From Camelus ferus (Eukaryota), in NCBI RefSeq assembly GCF_009834535.1, contig NC_045696.1, positions 59,026,001 through 59,090,000 on the forward strand: DNA of 64,000 bases, in the 5' to 3' direction. Below the pieces are notes generated by a model. That model ran no database searches and was not told the DNA's origin. It was given only the letters and a program-made list of their open reading frames with translations. The translations under genes were made by a program, and so were the position numbers. Shown in pieces: positions 12,955-26,480 of the stretch. The first letter of the stretch is position 1; each line of letters begins with the position of its first letter.

Positions 12955-13505
12955 AAAAATCTGTCCATTGATAGATGAATGGCTCAAGAAAATGTGGTGT
13001 GTATATATATATACACAATGTAATATTACTTAGCTATATAGAAGAAAGGAAATCCTGTCATTTGTGACAACATGGATGGACTTGGAGAGTCTTGAGCTAA
13101 GTGAAATAAGTCTGACAGAGAAAGACAAATACTATATGATTTCACTTACATGTGGAATCTAAAAATGAGCTCATAGATACAGACTGGTGGTCACTGAGGG
13201 TTGGGGGTGAAATGGGTGAGGGGAGTCAAAAAGGTACAAACTTTAGGTTATAACATAAATAAGTCCTAGGGATGTAATGGTAGCATGGTGACCACAGTTA
13301 GTTAATAATACTATATTGCATATTTGAAAGTTGCTAAGAGAGCAAATCTTAAAAATTCTCATCACTAGAAAAAATTTTTGTACTATGGTGATGGGTATTA
13401 ACTAGACATTGGGTGTTTATTTTGCAACTTATACAAATATTGAATGATGGTTTTGTACTCCTGAAACTAGTATAATGTTATGTCAATTACATTCAATTAA
13501 AAAAT
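12955..13505 (+). mobile_element. L1 3' end (L1MA-type)
   Basis: tgtccattgatagatgaatgg, gctaagtgaaataagtc, atgatttcacttacatgtggaatct, ttgaaagttgctaagagag, A tail. Confidence 0.9.
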
Positions 13506-14403
13506 AAGACAAGATCAGAACAAAATATAAAGAAAACTCCAACACCAAGATGTTGGAACTGAATAAAACAATAAAATGTTAAAGATGAGAACAAATGTCA
13601 AGATTATTTGGTCCAACTCCCAACCTGATTTGTGGATCCCATACAGTCCTCAGAAGCTGATACAGCCCTCCTTAAACACTTCTGGTTCTGAACAATTAAT
13701 GCACACAGGACCTGGTTCACGGTGAAGTGTTCGATAAACAGTTAAATGAATCAAATACAAACACTCAAACTCTACCTTATATAAAAGCAGAACATTATTT
13801 TAATGATGCAAGAGATTAAAATTTGGAAAATTCACAGACTGAACAAATAATCTCTCTTTACTGGGCACCTAGCAGGAGCTGGGACTGAGGAGTGTTTTTT
13901 TAAAAATTAGACATGTGAAGTTGGGAATACACACTACAATAAATAAATCATAGAATTTCAGCTCACAAAGGGCCTTAAGGGTCATCTAAATTATGATTTT
14001 ATAAGAAGGAATCTGAGACTCAGGGAGATACAGTGATTTGTCAAAAGTTTTGAGGCAACTTCATAGGAACAAGAAACCCAGGACAGTATTCTTTCCACAA
14101 CATGTTATGTTAATCAACCAACTAAATTCTAGAGAGCAGAATATAACCTTCCTAGAATATGGCAATGGAAAAGAATACAATGGACTGGAAGAGCTGGAAA
14201 AGGCTTCAGAGAGGAAGAAAAATTAATTTTCCACTACAAAAATTGATAATCCATTAGTTGCAAGATTGCTGACAAGGGAGATCACATTTTATTTTTCTCT
14301 GTAGTGCCAGAATCCAGAGCACAGAGGAATATCAACTTTTCCTGTGTTGGCCAACTTTTAAGAAAGTTGCATCTTAATGATTAACTTCATTTAAAGTTGG
14401 AGG

Positions 14404-14744
14404 GAAAAAAGAAGACAAATAAACTTAAATATAAAACAGAAACAGACTCACAGACATAGAATACAAACTCATGTTTGCCACAGGGGAGGTGGGTGGGAAG
14501 GGACAGACCTGGAGTTCAAGATTGGTAGATACTGACAGGTATATATAGAATAGATAAACAAGATTATACTGTATAGCACAGGGAAATATGTACAAGATCT
14601 TGTGGTAGCTCATGGTGAAAAAGAATATGAAAATGAATATGTGTATATTCATGTATGACTGAAAAGTTGTGCTGTACACCAGAGATTGATACAGCATTGG
14701 AAACCGACTATAACTTGATAAAAATAAATTAATTAATTAAAAAA
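14404..14744 (+). mobile_element. 5'-truncated young L1 3'UTR
   Basis: TSD taaagttggagg at 14392-14403 and 14745-14756; homologous to 8387-8696. Confidence 0.92.
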
Positions 14745-16050
14745 TAAAGTTGGAGGAAAGTTGCATATTATGAGGACTGTGAACATCTCAGGTTCTGTAG
14801 AAACTAAAGCTATGTGAAAAAATAAACCAGACCTTCCTGAGAACTTGGGTGCCCATGGAGACCCCCACTGACGAATGTCAAACCTGGTGCTTCATACCGT
14901 GTTCCTTAGGTCTCCATGAGCAAACAGAGAGAGTAAGAAAAGCCTCATCTGGTGTCTCCATCTCTCATTGCTCATTTTGCCACACAGTTCTGTTTCCATT
15001 TCAAGGCAGACAGTCAAGTAATTGGAAACATGTTAAAACAATAGGCGCCTAAAGGCTGATTACTAGAAGAGACAGATATATCTAGACAGCACCTGTCTTC
15101 TCTTCCCTGATTGGTAAACTATTGCCACAAACTTAAAAAACACACATACTTAAAGAACAAAAAATAACTCTATTTGCATGGTTCCAAATCCTCGCCTTAT
15201 TTTAGGCAGTGAACACGTAGATGCTTTTATGCGGCAGCGATCAGACTGTGCAATGTCCTCGCTCTACTTCTCTATCCACTTGGTGTTATTCGCACACATT
15301 TCCATTTGTGGGTGTAGCTCCCCAAATGATGTGTTTGTTTAATTATCTCCTTTGGAGCACAAACTAGCTCCTTTTCTGTCACTTTAAATAGTGTTCTGAA
15401 CATTTCTGTACCAACTACTTTTTTCTTTCTACTTTAAGTCAGAGTGTCAAAAGCAAAATTCTTGGCAAAGCACATCAGGGTTTTATTGCGCCTGTAACAT
15501 TCTGCCAGTCTGAGCCCTGGAAACGCTGAACCAGCACTCCCAGCAATGTTCCCTGTTGCACCTGTTTCCTCATAGCCCCAACAGTGGGCTCTTGGCATCT
15601 TTTATGTCGCCAGTTTTTCAGGTACATAAATACTTTAAAGGTATTTTAATTTCCATTTGTCTAGTTGCTGGCAGAGTTGTGTAATGTATATTGATGCAGT
15701 GCCATATATTTTTCCACACCTAGACTGTCTACATTCCTTTCAGTGTAAACTGTGTGTTTATCTTTGACCTTTTATCAAATAGAATCTAGACATTGAACTC
15801 AGATAGATATGCCAAGTCTTTTTACAGGCAATTTTATTGTGCTTTTTATAAATTACAGGAGTCATTCTCACCTACTGTTAAAAAAACTCAAGCAACAAGA
15901 ATGTACATAAAGTGCAAGGTGAAAGTTGAGGGTATAAAATGATGAAATGTTTCTTTCCCTCTCACTCTTTCCCCTCCCTGCCATAGTATCACTTTCCAGA
16001 TACGATCATTGAAATCATCTTCTTATTCTTATCATTAAACTCAGTAATTC

Positions 16051-16187
16051 TTTTTTGTTTGTTTTTTTTTTGGCGGGGGGAGTGAGGTAATTTGTTTGTT
16101 TGTTTAATGGAGGTACTGGGGATTGAACCCAGGACCTCATGCATGCCAGGCATGCACTCTACCACTGAGCTATATACTCTCCTCAAC
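16051..16187 (-). mobile_element. tRNA-Ala-derived SINE (camelid Vic-1-like)
   Basis: Reverse complement TATAGCTCAGTGGTAGAGTGCATG...GGTCCTGGGTTCAATCCCCAGTACCTCCA with A/B boxes and A tail; degenerate TSD aactc.gt..ttc at 16038-16050 and 16188-16200. Confidence 0.9.
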
Positions 16188-16344
16188 AACTCTGTCGTTC
16201 AAGGTAATACACTCTGTCTATTTCTTTAAGAATTTAGAAATCACTTAGTGAATTCCCACTATGAATGATGAGAAATTTCACTGAGTTAGACACTGCGTCC
16301 CTCTCACCAGTCCTTCTTTGATTTTTAGATCTTGTATTGGACAT

Positions 16345-16792
16345 TAATGACAAGATCACAAACTCAAATGCCTACAGAATCTGGGGAGGATACACAAGTA
16401 TAGAAAGCAGGTGGGGACAAGAAACATCACGAGGCTCTTCCTACCCACTGATCACTTTCCCACTATTAACATGAATGTGGCCGGGGAAAAGCACAGTCAT
16501 AACTGGCAACAGATGCTTGCCCACGCACTGGGAGATGACTGGGAATGGGGGAGAATTACAGCAGCCTGGCAAAGACACGCTTAGATGCAGGGGGTAGCAC
16601 CCACCGACCAGGTTTTGCCACGTGGAAGTATTGCTGGATCTTATTTTTTGAGAAAAGTCATTCAGAAATGAATTGTATGTGTAAGTTTTCCATTTTTAAA
16701 TCTTAGCTCAAAGTTTTTGAGAATACTGCTGACCAAACATAAAAGGTCTGTGTGCCAGATATGGCCAATGGGCTGACCATTTTTGACCTCTG
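16345..16792 (-). mobile_element. hAT-Charlie non-autonomous DNA transposon (MER102-like)
   Basis: Minus-strand start CAGAGGTCAAAAATGGTCAGCCCATTGGCCATATCTGGCACACAGAC resembles MER102-type termini; other end caagatcacaaactcaaatgcct. Confidence 0.5.
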
Positions 16793-19700
16793 TCATTATG
16801 GTTTTAAGTCATATATACTCAAGCCTCTGTTATTTGATCCGTCTGTTTTAGATGGTACCGCCTCCCTTCCCAGTGTGTAAGATGAGGACATCAGTACCCT
16901 TAAAGTTTTCTCATCCTCCTTCCCCTCCTCTCCCTTACCATTCACCATTCCTTTACTTTTGGCTTACAGAGTTTATTTTCTATTCTGTAGCTATAACTGA
17001 CACTTTTGAGCTTTATCTATGGATTGATATTTTTTAAAAAAGAACAGGTTACAAATCAGTCCATGGGTCCATTTGTATATATAAAAATATATGCAGAGAT
17101 AGGTTTATATTTGCACAGAATATTTCTGGAAGGGTACCTAAATTGTTCACCGTAGCAGCCTCTGGATGGTGGAAGTGAGGGTCAAGGCAAGGAACTTTTT
17201 CACTTTGCTGGAGTTTTTGTTTTAAAAATAGTTTAACATATAAATCATTTTTTTCTTTATAATAAAGTTAAAGGCACAGAGATGATTAATGAATAATACA
17301 TTTGTAAAAGGCCAAAGTGGTCAACTCTTTCCTGTGGTTATGACTCATAAATGATTTTATGTGATTATTGGGAATCTTCCACATCCTATTACCATGGCTC
17401 CTCTGTCCTCTAATAAAGTGCTTTAAGGAGAAAACATACGTAAGGAAAGTAGCCTGAAGGAGGTAGCATTAAAATTGGACTTTGATGCTGGATAAAAGAG
17501 AGTGGGAGAAGGAAGGGCATCCTTGATAAAGGTATGCCCTGAGAAAAAGAAGGGAGCAGGGAGGCCAGGATGTGGGTGGGAAACAGTGCAAGGAATAGGA
17601 TGGAGAAAGGGGAGGAAAGACCCTATAAGAAGCCCGGGACCAAATCCCTACTGGTTTGACTGGCAAGAGGTCTGGAGTCAGACCCTACCACCTTGGTTCT
17701 CCGGGAACCAAACATTTATTGAGCACCCCTCATGTGGCAGGCACTGTGCTCCTCCTGGGGCACAGAAATGCATAAGAAACACTCAGCGAGTTTAAGGAAC
17801 CAGGTGAGACCTGTAAAAGGAATGACATCCCGAAGTTCAAGGAATACAAGATTTGGACCGCAAAGTACTGCCTCCTTCACTTACTGACATAACCTTGGCA
17901 AGTTTTATAATTACTCTGAGCCACTAGGTTCTTCCTCTATAAAAAATAGGGATAAAGCTACTTTACCACGAGGACAAAATAACTAAGATCACAAGCCTGG
18001 TGCCAAGAGGGCACAGATAAACGCTAGCTCCCTTCCTTCACGCTCTGCCCCCATTCCTAACCCCATAATCGACAGGGAAGATAAAATACTTTCTTTGTTT
18101 ACCCTTTTTCCACAAAGGTGATCCCAGGACAAAGTACCTGTGCTGCAGATGTGTGGGCTGGGCAAGCAAGGCTGGGGCAGGATGTGTTAGAGGAAGGAAG
18201 GGAGGAGCAGGGGTCAGGGCTGGGGAGCTAGGAGCTGACCTAAGGCTGGAGGATATTAAGCAGCGGGTGGCACAGTCAGACCTGCAGTGTAGGAAAGACA
18301 GGAGTCAGGAAGCAAGAAACCAGTTTCCCAATTCACTGCACACCTCATCTTAATCTCCACTAAATTCCTATAGTACAAACTGTTAATTGAACTATTTCAA
18401 GCATCTGATTATCCTGTCATATCCTACTGTTTTATATGCATGTTTTTCTCAAGAACCACACTGTTAAGACTTCTGAGGACAGAGTGCAGACCAGATACTT
18501 CCTCGAAATTTCTCTAAGTGGTTGAGCACTTCTGAGTTAGAAGTGAGCTGGGAAGAAGTGCGTGGGGAAAGGATATCACTGGTAGTGAAAGTGGAAGGAA
18601 ACTGAGGAGTTAGTCCTGCTTTCCTGTGTCAGACCTTCTCTCTTCCCTTCCTCCAGCCTCCACAACTTAAACGTAAACATGCCTCAGTGAGGCCAGGCTA
18701 GCCCTTACCTGGGAAGCCCCCTTCAGTAAACATCAAGCCCCTGGGTCTGGGCAGAAACCTCATCTGGGCTGTACTTCAAGAGGCACTAAAGTATCAGCTC
18801 ATTGGATTCACAGCACAGCCAGGGCCCATCACCATGTTTGCTTTTTCTGATAAGAATGAATTCCAGGGCAGAAGGGAAGAATTTCCAGTAATTTCAGTAT
18901 TTTTCCTACCCCCTGGCTCCTCTCGTACTTGACTCTGTGCTGGGGGAAGCAGCCCAGCGGCCCTTCAGCCGCTCGCACGGGCACCAGGGCAGCTGGCGGG
19001 CTTCAGACGGCCCCGGGCTCTCTGTGCATGGAGGCCCCAGCGCGCTGGGTGCAGCAGTGCTCCCCGGGCGGTGGCACAGTCCACTGTGCTGCTGTTCTCA
19101 TCTGAGTTGCATTCTGCATCATCGGGGTCCTCCTAAGCACAGGGGCAGACAACAGACCCCCACATCTGAGTTTCATCTACCTTCTTGTCCCCCCAGGCAA
19201 ACAGATACCCCTTGACCATACCACTCAGGCCTAGAAGTATCTTCTCACAGGAAGAGGTCCACAAAGGCCTTAGAGGTAGCCTTTGGTAGAGAATGCCAAG
19301 GTCCTGGGTGCCTAGAACATGGAGAACAGCGTGGCTCCAGGGGGCACATCCCTTGGGCAGACAGATCCCTTACTCTGAGGTGAGGGTGCAGCCAAAGGAA
19401 CAGGGGTTTCTGGAATGTGGGCTCGGGTTGCCTGGGTCTAAAGGTGGTACTGATGAGATAGAGATCCAAAGTTATATGAGATCTGGAAAATACAATCTCC
19501 TCAAGCTGGCAGAGCAAACCAAGAAAGGGCAGAGGTAGATAGTTTCGGCCTAATCAGCAGACCCTGATTAAACAGTAGTTTCTATAGTGATATTAAATTA
19601 CTACTTAACCTCACGTGATTGACTTCCTCTCATAGGCCCTAGACCCTGTTGGGTCAAGCTAGATGCACACAGCCAGGGAGGAACAAATTCTTCCAGAATG

Positions 19701-19849
19701 TTTTAACCACAAGACCACATTCAACTCAAGCACTCCCCTTACTGTTGGTAGAAAGGTCTGAAAGGGATTTTTTTCTTCTCTGTGCTACGTCTTCTCCCCT
19801 GTGTATTCCATCATGTAAAGAGACAGTATCTCCACATGCATCTCATTAG

Positions 19850-20325
19850 GTATTAATCAGTTAGGAACAGTTTTTGCAAAATTTCCTTTGTGATGATCAC
19901 AGCCAAAGGTCCTATCTGGAATTAGGCTAAGCCGTAGGAGTTTTGTCTCTTAGCTGCTGGTCTTTATGCTGCCTCCACTACTGCACCCCCAACCCACGTC
20001 CACCCCAACCAATCCTTTGCACTCTGGCTTGTTGCCTCATGGTTTTAATATGACTGCCTGAGCACCAAGTATCAAAAATGCTTTCAAGGCAGGAAGCAGG
20101 AGAGAGGTGGAATATGAGAGCGCCAGCAATTTTTTTAATTTTGTTTTGTTTTAATCAGAAAAGCTAGAGCTTTCCCAGAAATTCCCTAGCCGACTTCAGC
20201 CAAATGTGTTACTGAGCCAGTCTTAGCTGCAAAGGAAGCCTCTGCAGTGGCCTCTAGAGTGGAAGAGAGAAGGGCAAAGGGGATTGGTCATGGGTTACAT
20301 GTTGGTTCAAAGTATCTGCCACAAA
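19850..20325. mobile_element. Old MaLR (MLT1-type) solo LTR
   Basis: gcctcatggttttaatatgactgcc, ttcaaggcaggaag, agctttcccagaa, tagctgcaaaggaagc, ends tctgccaca. Confidence 0.55.
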
Positions 20326-22169
20326 GTGGAAAGACCCGAATAGACATGAGGCATAGATGGTGTGGGATGAACATCTCACAGTTTGGAGTTTCTTAGAAAA
20401 AGAAAAGAACCACAGGGGCACCTTTGGTCCTGCCTTAAGGTCACTAAGTCTTTTTGATAGAAAGAGGGGCTTTATTGGAGGGAGGTGGGGAGGGGTTCAT
20501 TAAGTCCTTGACCTAAAAATAGGCATAAAGAGGAAGAGGGGCAGGGCAGGAAGCAGTTTTTACCTCTTTTCAGGAATAAAACCAGAAAGTGCAAGCTTGA
20601 ACTAACTTCTAATTATCAGCTTCAGAAGGCAGTAGGAAACAAACTTTTAAAATATTCTCACATCTGTGGGGTCCACTGTGTTCCTACAGTGATGGGAGGG
20701 TCCCTCTGCCCCCTGCAGAAGAAGCTGGCACAACCTAGTAACTTCCACACCCAGGCTTTAGAGCTCAAGCTGGTGGAGGCAATGCTTTAGAAGGGAGAGT
20801 GGGGAGAGGAAAGCTGACAGAGGTCATGAGGACTGCTGCAAGGAAGAGAAGGGTTCCAGCGGCTGCAGTGGGCACCAGCCTGGGCCTAAGAAGTAGTTTG
20901 AAGGCTTATTTTAAAAGTCATTCAGTTGTAAGAGATTCCGCAAGAGCTCAGTTACTGGAGAGCTGAGGTCCCGGGGGTTGCTGTGAAACTGACACCAGGA
21001 CTGGCTGGTGCAGAAAAAGCCTCTAGAACAGGATGCATCCCAGGGCCTGGGGAGAGGGGTCAGCTGCAGGCAGGGACAAATGGCCACAGGAGAGAAGGTT
21101 TAAACACACTAGAGGCAGAGAACCCCTGGTTGTGATCAGGGGGTGGCCCCATTTGGCACTTGGTCTTTTATAATTAAAAACTCCTACTCCAAGCTCTTGT
21201 CACTTAGGCCACCACCACCTTAACCTTTCCCCTCTCTGAAGGCGCCAGGTCAGTATCCAATCAACCACCTCCTCATCCTGGAGTCATCTGACATGGCCCT
21301 TCCCTGATGCAAAGCCTTCCTTTCTGTTCTTTGCCACAGTGATAATATGCACTCTCAGCATGCTAGTTTACAGAGCACTCTCTAGGTCAGCCCCTCCTCT
21401 GAGTTTCTCTCTGCAAATTCTCAGATGTAGCCAGACACTCCATCTAATGTCTCCCTAGAATCATCTTCCTTCTGTGCCCACCATACACCAGCATGCCATC
21501 AAGGTGTTGTGCTGGGTTAACTCCAGGAAGTTGGGACATGGTAACGGAGATCTGCAAGCTGACTTTTAAGGAATACATTCATTTTGACCTATGGTCCACA
21601 TGTAATATACGAAGTGAACTATTTCCTCAATGTAGGCAAAATAAAACGTTCACATGAAGAATGCTACACTCCACAAACATTGCAGTCAACATGGTGAATG
21701 CATGAAATGCCGCTGACTTGTTTAAGACTTGTTTATGTATGTAACCATCACCTCATTTTAAAAAATTTTGTTATTAAACTTTTTGACTTTATGAAGTGTT
21801 TTTACCATTTTCTTCTTCAGCTCATTTTCTTTTCACATCCCTGCAGGCCAGAAAATACAGAAACAACTAGTTGTTTCTTCTCAGATAAGGAAATCGAGGT
21901 CCAGAGAAGGTCTGACCTGCCTACCACAGGACGACTAACAGAGAACTTCAGTGTGTGGACTCCTGCGCCAGAGCTCATTCTACGAAGGTTCCAAGTCAAA
22001 TAACCAGAAAGCTCAGCTCCTGCATGGCTTCCACAGTCAGCAAAGGGAGCAGAGACATCTTCATCTACAAAAGCTAAGTCATCTCTTTCTCTCCACATCT
22101 GTCTGGATTTGAGGAAGGGGTCCATCCCTGAGAAGCAGTAGGGTGGGAGGGTGGGTATGGAGAGAGGAC

Positions 22170-22505
22170 GGGTTTTGCTAAGCCATTCTTTAAAAGTTCA
22201 CTTTCCATTTCTAAGTGTAAATCCAGTGTCTTATAACACATTCACAAAGTGGTGCAACCACCACTACTATCTAAGTTCAGAACATTGTCATCATCCCCAA
22301 AAGAAACCCACAAGCAGTCACTCCCTACTCCTCCTCCCTAGGCTCCTGGCAACCTCTCATCTACTGTCGCTGCAGGTTTGTGGATTCTGGACATTTCAGA
22401 TTGTGGAATAATTCAGTATGTGACCTTTTTTGTCTGACTTCTTTCACTTCACATGTTTTCAGCGCTCATTTATGTTGTAGCATGTGTCAGTACTTCACTC
22501 CCATT
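22170..22505 (-). mobile_element. L1 (L1MB-type) 3' end fragment
   Basis: cattcacaaagtggtgcaaccaccactactatctaagttcagaacattgtcatcatcccc...ttctggacatttca. Confidence 0.85.
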
Positions 22506-23743
22506 TCTAAATCCCCAGGGATTCTTCCTGTTGCCTCTTTCCTGCCAGCTGTGGGGATGTGGGGATGGGGGAACCACAGTCAGGGCAACAGGAAAGAGCC
22601 CCCAGCCTGGGAGTGCCCAGAGAGCAGAAACAGACCCTGCAGCAGCAACACCAACATGCCCCAACAATCTTCTTCAGGTAAAAGACACAACAAGGAACGT
22701 CATACCCACCACCAAACAGCAGGCTAGATGGGCCTGTGCAGAGGACACAATGCACTGCAGCCCCTGAATACTCTCCAGATGACCACACAGCCAGCCCTGC
22801 CACTCAAACAAAGGCAGGCCCAGTGTCATCCAGGAAGAGTGATGTACTTGACCCCTTCTTGCCACAAGATTTCAGGGGCCTGCTCTTAACTTGTAGATTC
22901 ATAGTGCCACCTATGAGTTCCTCATCACCTCAGCTTTCTTTTGTTCAGATCAAACCTTTTAGCTTCTAAAGCATTTCCTGGGGAAGACTGCCCGTGTTTA
23001 ATCCAGGACGAATATTACTTGCAAACCCCCTGTCTTCCACGTGCATCTCCACGTCAAGATGATGATTCCACTTCCTGGTGGCCTGAGCCAGCAGCTTATT
23101 AAAAGTTTCTCCAATTGGGCATAACCTCAGTGTTCTTACAGCTAACCTTCCCATCTTCTTCTTCTCCTCTCTAGCACAAGGTGGGCAAGAAATTATCATT
23201 GCCATTTGCAGAAGAAGAAATGGAGGTCCAGTAAGAGCAAGAGACCAACACCCATTAGCAAAAGGTGACAGAACTGAAATAAGGGGTCCTATCTGCCACC
23301 CCACTGCTCTGGGTGTATCAAGTGCATACACGAGAAGCTTAGTTAACCAAACACTCCCTCCAGGTAGGAAGTAAGAGAAAAATAAGAGTTAGCTCTCAAT
23401 AGTCCAGATGTGTGTGCACATATTTAAATCCCAGCTGTGCGCTTCTGGCCACCACCCCATGTATTCTCCTCCTATAATCAGGTGCACGTACCCAGAACAA
23501 GACCTGTGTTAATAGCAAAACATCTCATTATGTTCCCCACCCAGCACACCCGAGTTCTTCACCATAGCCCGAAGTCAACCATAAACAAAAGAAATACAGT
23601 AAATTGGTATCTATTTACTTTATATGTGGGTCCAAAAGAAAAGCAGGCTTTCTGCCAAGTCAGCCTGCAGAGGAAAAGTCTGGAGTAGAAGCAGCGACCC
23701 CCCGACTAGCCTCCCCTCTGCCTCCCCCAGCACCCCTTCTTAC

Positions 23744-23908
23744 CCTCCCTTCAAACTTGGCAGTGGCTCCTTCCTTGATGCAGAGGTTCCGAGGGGGAAA
23801 AATGAAAGCCGGGGCCTCGGTCAGGGGCATGGAGCCGACTCCCGAGTGATCCATGGTGAGGGAGGTTTTGGAAACGTGTGTCGAGGCAGCCAGCTTCACA
23901 TCCCCCAT
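23744..23908 (-). CDS. MYLK: Myosin light chain kinase (long/non-muscle MLCK), first coding exon, codons 1-55; exon spans 23744-23911
   Basis: Translates to MGDVKLAASTHVSKTSLTMDHSGVGSMPLTEAPAFIFPPRNLCIKEGATAKFEGR, matching the mammalian MYLK N-terminus (human MGDVKLVASSHISKTSLSVDPSRVDSMPLTEAPAFILPPRNLCIKEGATAKFEGR). Acceptor TTCCTTCCTGTTTGCAG|AACATGG; phase-0 donor AGG|GTAAGA. The next exon (VRGYPEPQVTW...) was not seen and presumably lies left of the window. Confidence 0.97.
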
Positions 23909-25499
23909 GTTCTGCAAACAGGAAGGAAGACCAGGTCAGACGAGACAGAGTGCAGTCTGTCCTCCCTGCAGGTGGTTGGTGTGCCCAGTGTGCTGGTTGC
24001 GGCCACAGTGTCGTGGGTTTTACTGGGAGCCCCATCAGGTCAGGGTCCACCAGGAGCTCCTCCCTGGGAATGGGAGGCTCTCTGTCCCCCACATGCAGAG
24101 CTACAGGGGTGAGGCCCAGCCCACCCCAGATACCAGCACCCAGGGCCATGTCCTGGCCTCCCCAAAACCCCATGGAGAACTTCCAGGAAAGGGGCAGCTG
24201 AGGCAAGAACAGAGAAACCAGATGTTTCTCAGAGTTTTTACAGTGGGTGTCTAAAGTCAGCACTTAGTTGTCATTCAACCTTCAGAATTAATATCTACAT
24301 TAGGCGCTTATGGCAGAAAGTACAAGCTGCTTTTGCCTGAACTGTGAGCTCACAGGCTAAAGAAAAATGGAAACCATACTCCAAGGAAGGAATTAGTTTG
24401 GGGTTAATAGGGCAAGGATCCTGGGGGAGGGCAGAGGAGAGGGTGGGGCTGAAAGAGGGAAGGGAGCAAAGCCTGGGAGGACATCCCACATCCGGGGACT
24501 AGGCTGCGAGAAAGCCTCAAAGGTCACAGAATGTCAGAGAAGGCAGCATTTTAAGATTATCCAGGCTAACTCCTCTATTTATAATTGTGACCCAGAGAAG
24601 GTAAGTCACTTGCCCAAAGAGACAAAGCAAAATGATGGCATCACTGGCAAGAAAACCTCAGGCTCCTGACTCCTAGACCAAGGCCTGGTTGGGATTAGAC
24701 AAGATGTTGACGGGGGCTGGCAGGTGATCGGAACAAAGGAACTTCCTTAAGATTGATTCCAGCAATGGAATTACAGGTACTGAGTTCCTGGTTGCAAACT
24801 AGAGAAATTGACTCTGGTGCTTCTAAATGGAGGAGGGATCTGTTGGAAAGATGAGGAAGAGGGAAGCTCTCAAACTCCACAGGAAAGGCTGGAGAACCAG
24901 GCTGGGGAAACAGGCAGTAGACGAAAGAGGCCGGGTTGTCAGACCCCAGCCAAGGTCACTGGACACCAGTTGCCACCCCTTGGAGTACATCCCCAGTATC
25001 CCTGCTCCAGATTCCAAGTCCAGGTGGGAGACTCACCAGGCTGGGATGTGGGTCCAGGTTGGGGACCACGTCTTACTCACCATGGAATCCATAGTGCCTG
25101 GCCTATCACAGGTCTGTGACAAACATCCACTAAACTGAAGAGGAACAGTATTTCTAGTTTTTATTGTTCTGTTCACTTTCTAGGGATCTTTAGTCACAAG
25201 CTTAAGCCCCATGCTGAGTGTGGTCAGCTGACAGAAATGAACAGTGGTGTCTGGGCATGTAATTAGTTTGTTTAAACTTAATAACATCTAACAAAAATAA
25301 AAGGGAGATCTATTTTGAAGTACAAGTTAAAGTAACAAAGACCGAGTTTTGTTTGTCACAGGGCTCAGCCCCTGCTTGACAAACCCAGCTTCTCTTTCAC
25401 TGATGATGTATTAGCTTTGCAAACAAAATCCTTTCCAAATGATAAGACTCACAGTTTCACTGCAAAGTCACAATAAAAGCAAAATTTAGGTAGCACTGA

Positions 25500-25720
25500 C
25501 TACAAACCAGGAACTATTCTAAGCACTTTATAAATAATAGCCCATTTGCTCCTTACAACAACACTAAGTGACAGATAATCTCATCATCTCATTTATGGAT
25601 TAGAAACCGAGGTTCAGTGAGATTAAGAAATTGGCCCAAGGTCATGGTATTTAGTAGGGGGCAGAACTAGCATTTGATCCCAGGGGTCAGGCACCGAAGC
25701 TCCCATTCTTAACCACTAAG
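25500..25720 (-). mobile_element. MIR SINE (representative; other MIR-like cores at about 7060-7200, 11800-11950, 13950-14100, 17870-18030, 26960-27110, 34860-35040, 35860-36020, 37330-37560, 44340-44520)
   Basis: Core gaaaccgaggttcagtgagattaagaaattggcccaaggtca. Confidence 0.8.
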
Positions 25721-25829
25721 CCCTCTTGTCTCCTGTTAGCAGTCAGTGTTGGCTGGTGGGAAGGGGGTCTGAGGCTGAGGTAATAAGGGAGAAAGTTGAG
25801 AGCTGCTACCACATACATACAGAACTGAG

Positions 25830-26480
25830 GTTTTCTATATGTCAAAGCATACTGTTGACAACATTAAAAGGCAGCTGATGATCTGGGATAAAACGTTTGC
25901 CACAAGAATGAAGGACCAGGATGCTTTATATGTAGGAAAACAGCCGGACAGATAAATGGGCACTTGGATGGTTCACAGAACATAGACAAATGACCACAAC
26001 ACAAATGGATACGCCCAGCCTCCATTAGATAGAATCCACGAGTGCAAACTAAGAATAAGTTATTATTTTTTAAAAATTACCAAACTTACATTCAAAAAGA
26101 AAGATAACATAGAGTACCAGTGAGACTGTGGGCACACTCACACCCTTCTGAGGAGTATAAACTGGTGCAATGTTTCTGGAGAGCAATTTGGCAAAAAGAT
26201 CCTGAAAAAAAAAGTCCAGCTCTTTCCCTAGTATCCTGCATTTAGAGATGTATTATTGGGAAAGAATCAGAGATGCAGCCCCTAATTTATATATAAGAAT
26301 GTTAATCACATTATTTATAGGAAAATAAATAGAAAAATAATCCAGCTAAATAGAAATAGAAAAAAAAACAGTTAAATATCCAACGGTAGGAACTGGTTAA
26401 ATACAGTAGAATATCAGGCAGTTATATGAGTGTACGTTTACAAGGAAAATAATAATAGGAACTTAATAATATGGAAATTT
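25830..26480 (+). mobile_element. Old L1 (L1ME-type) 3' region
   Basis: gagtataaactggtgcaatgtttctggagagcaatttggc, aaatatccaacggtaggaactggttaaata. Confidence 0.7.

Noticed and set aside
23624..24263. Long overlapping ORFs (162, 170 and 133 aa) around the MYLK exon
   Set aside because: Alternative-frame or antisense by-products of a GC-rich exon and its flank; no recognisable protein. The MQN- and -VRRGAGG extensions of the 23660-23917 ORF are intronic.
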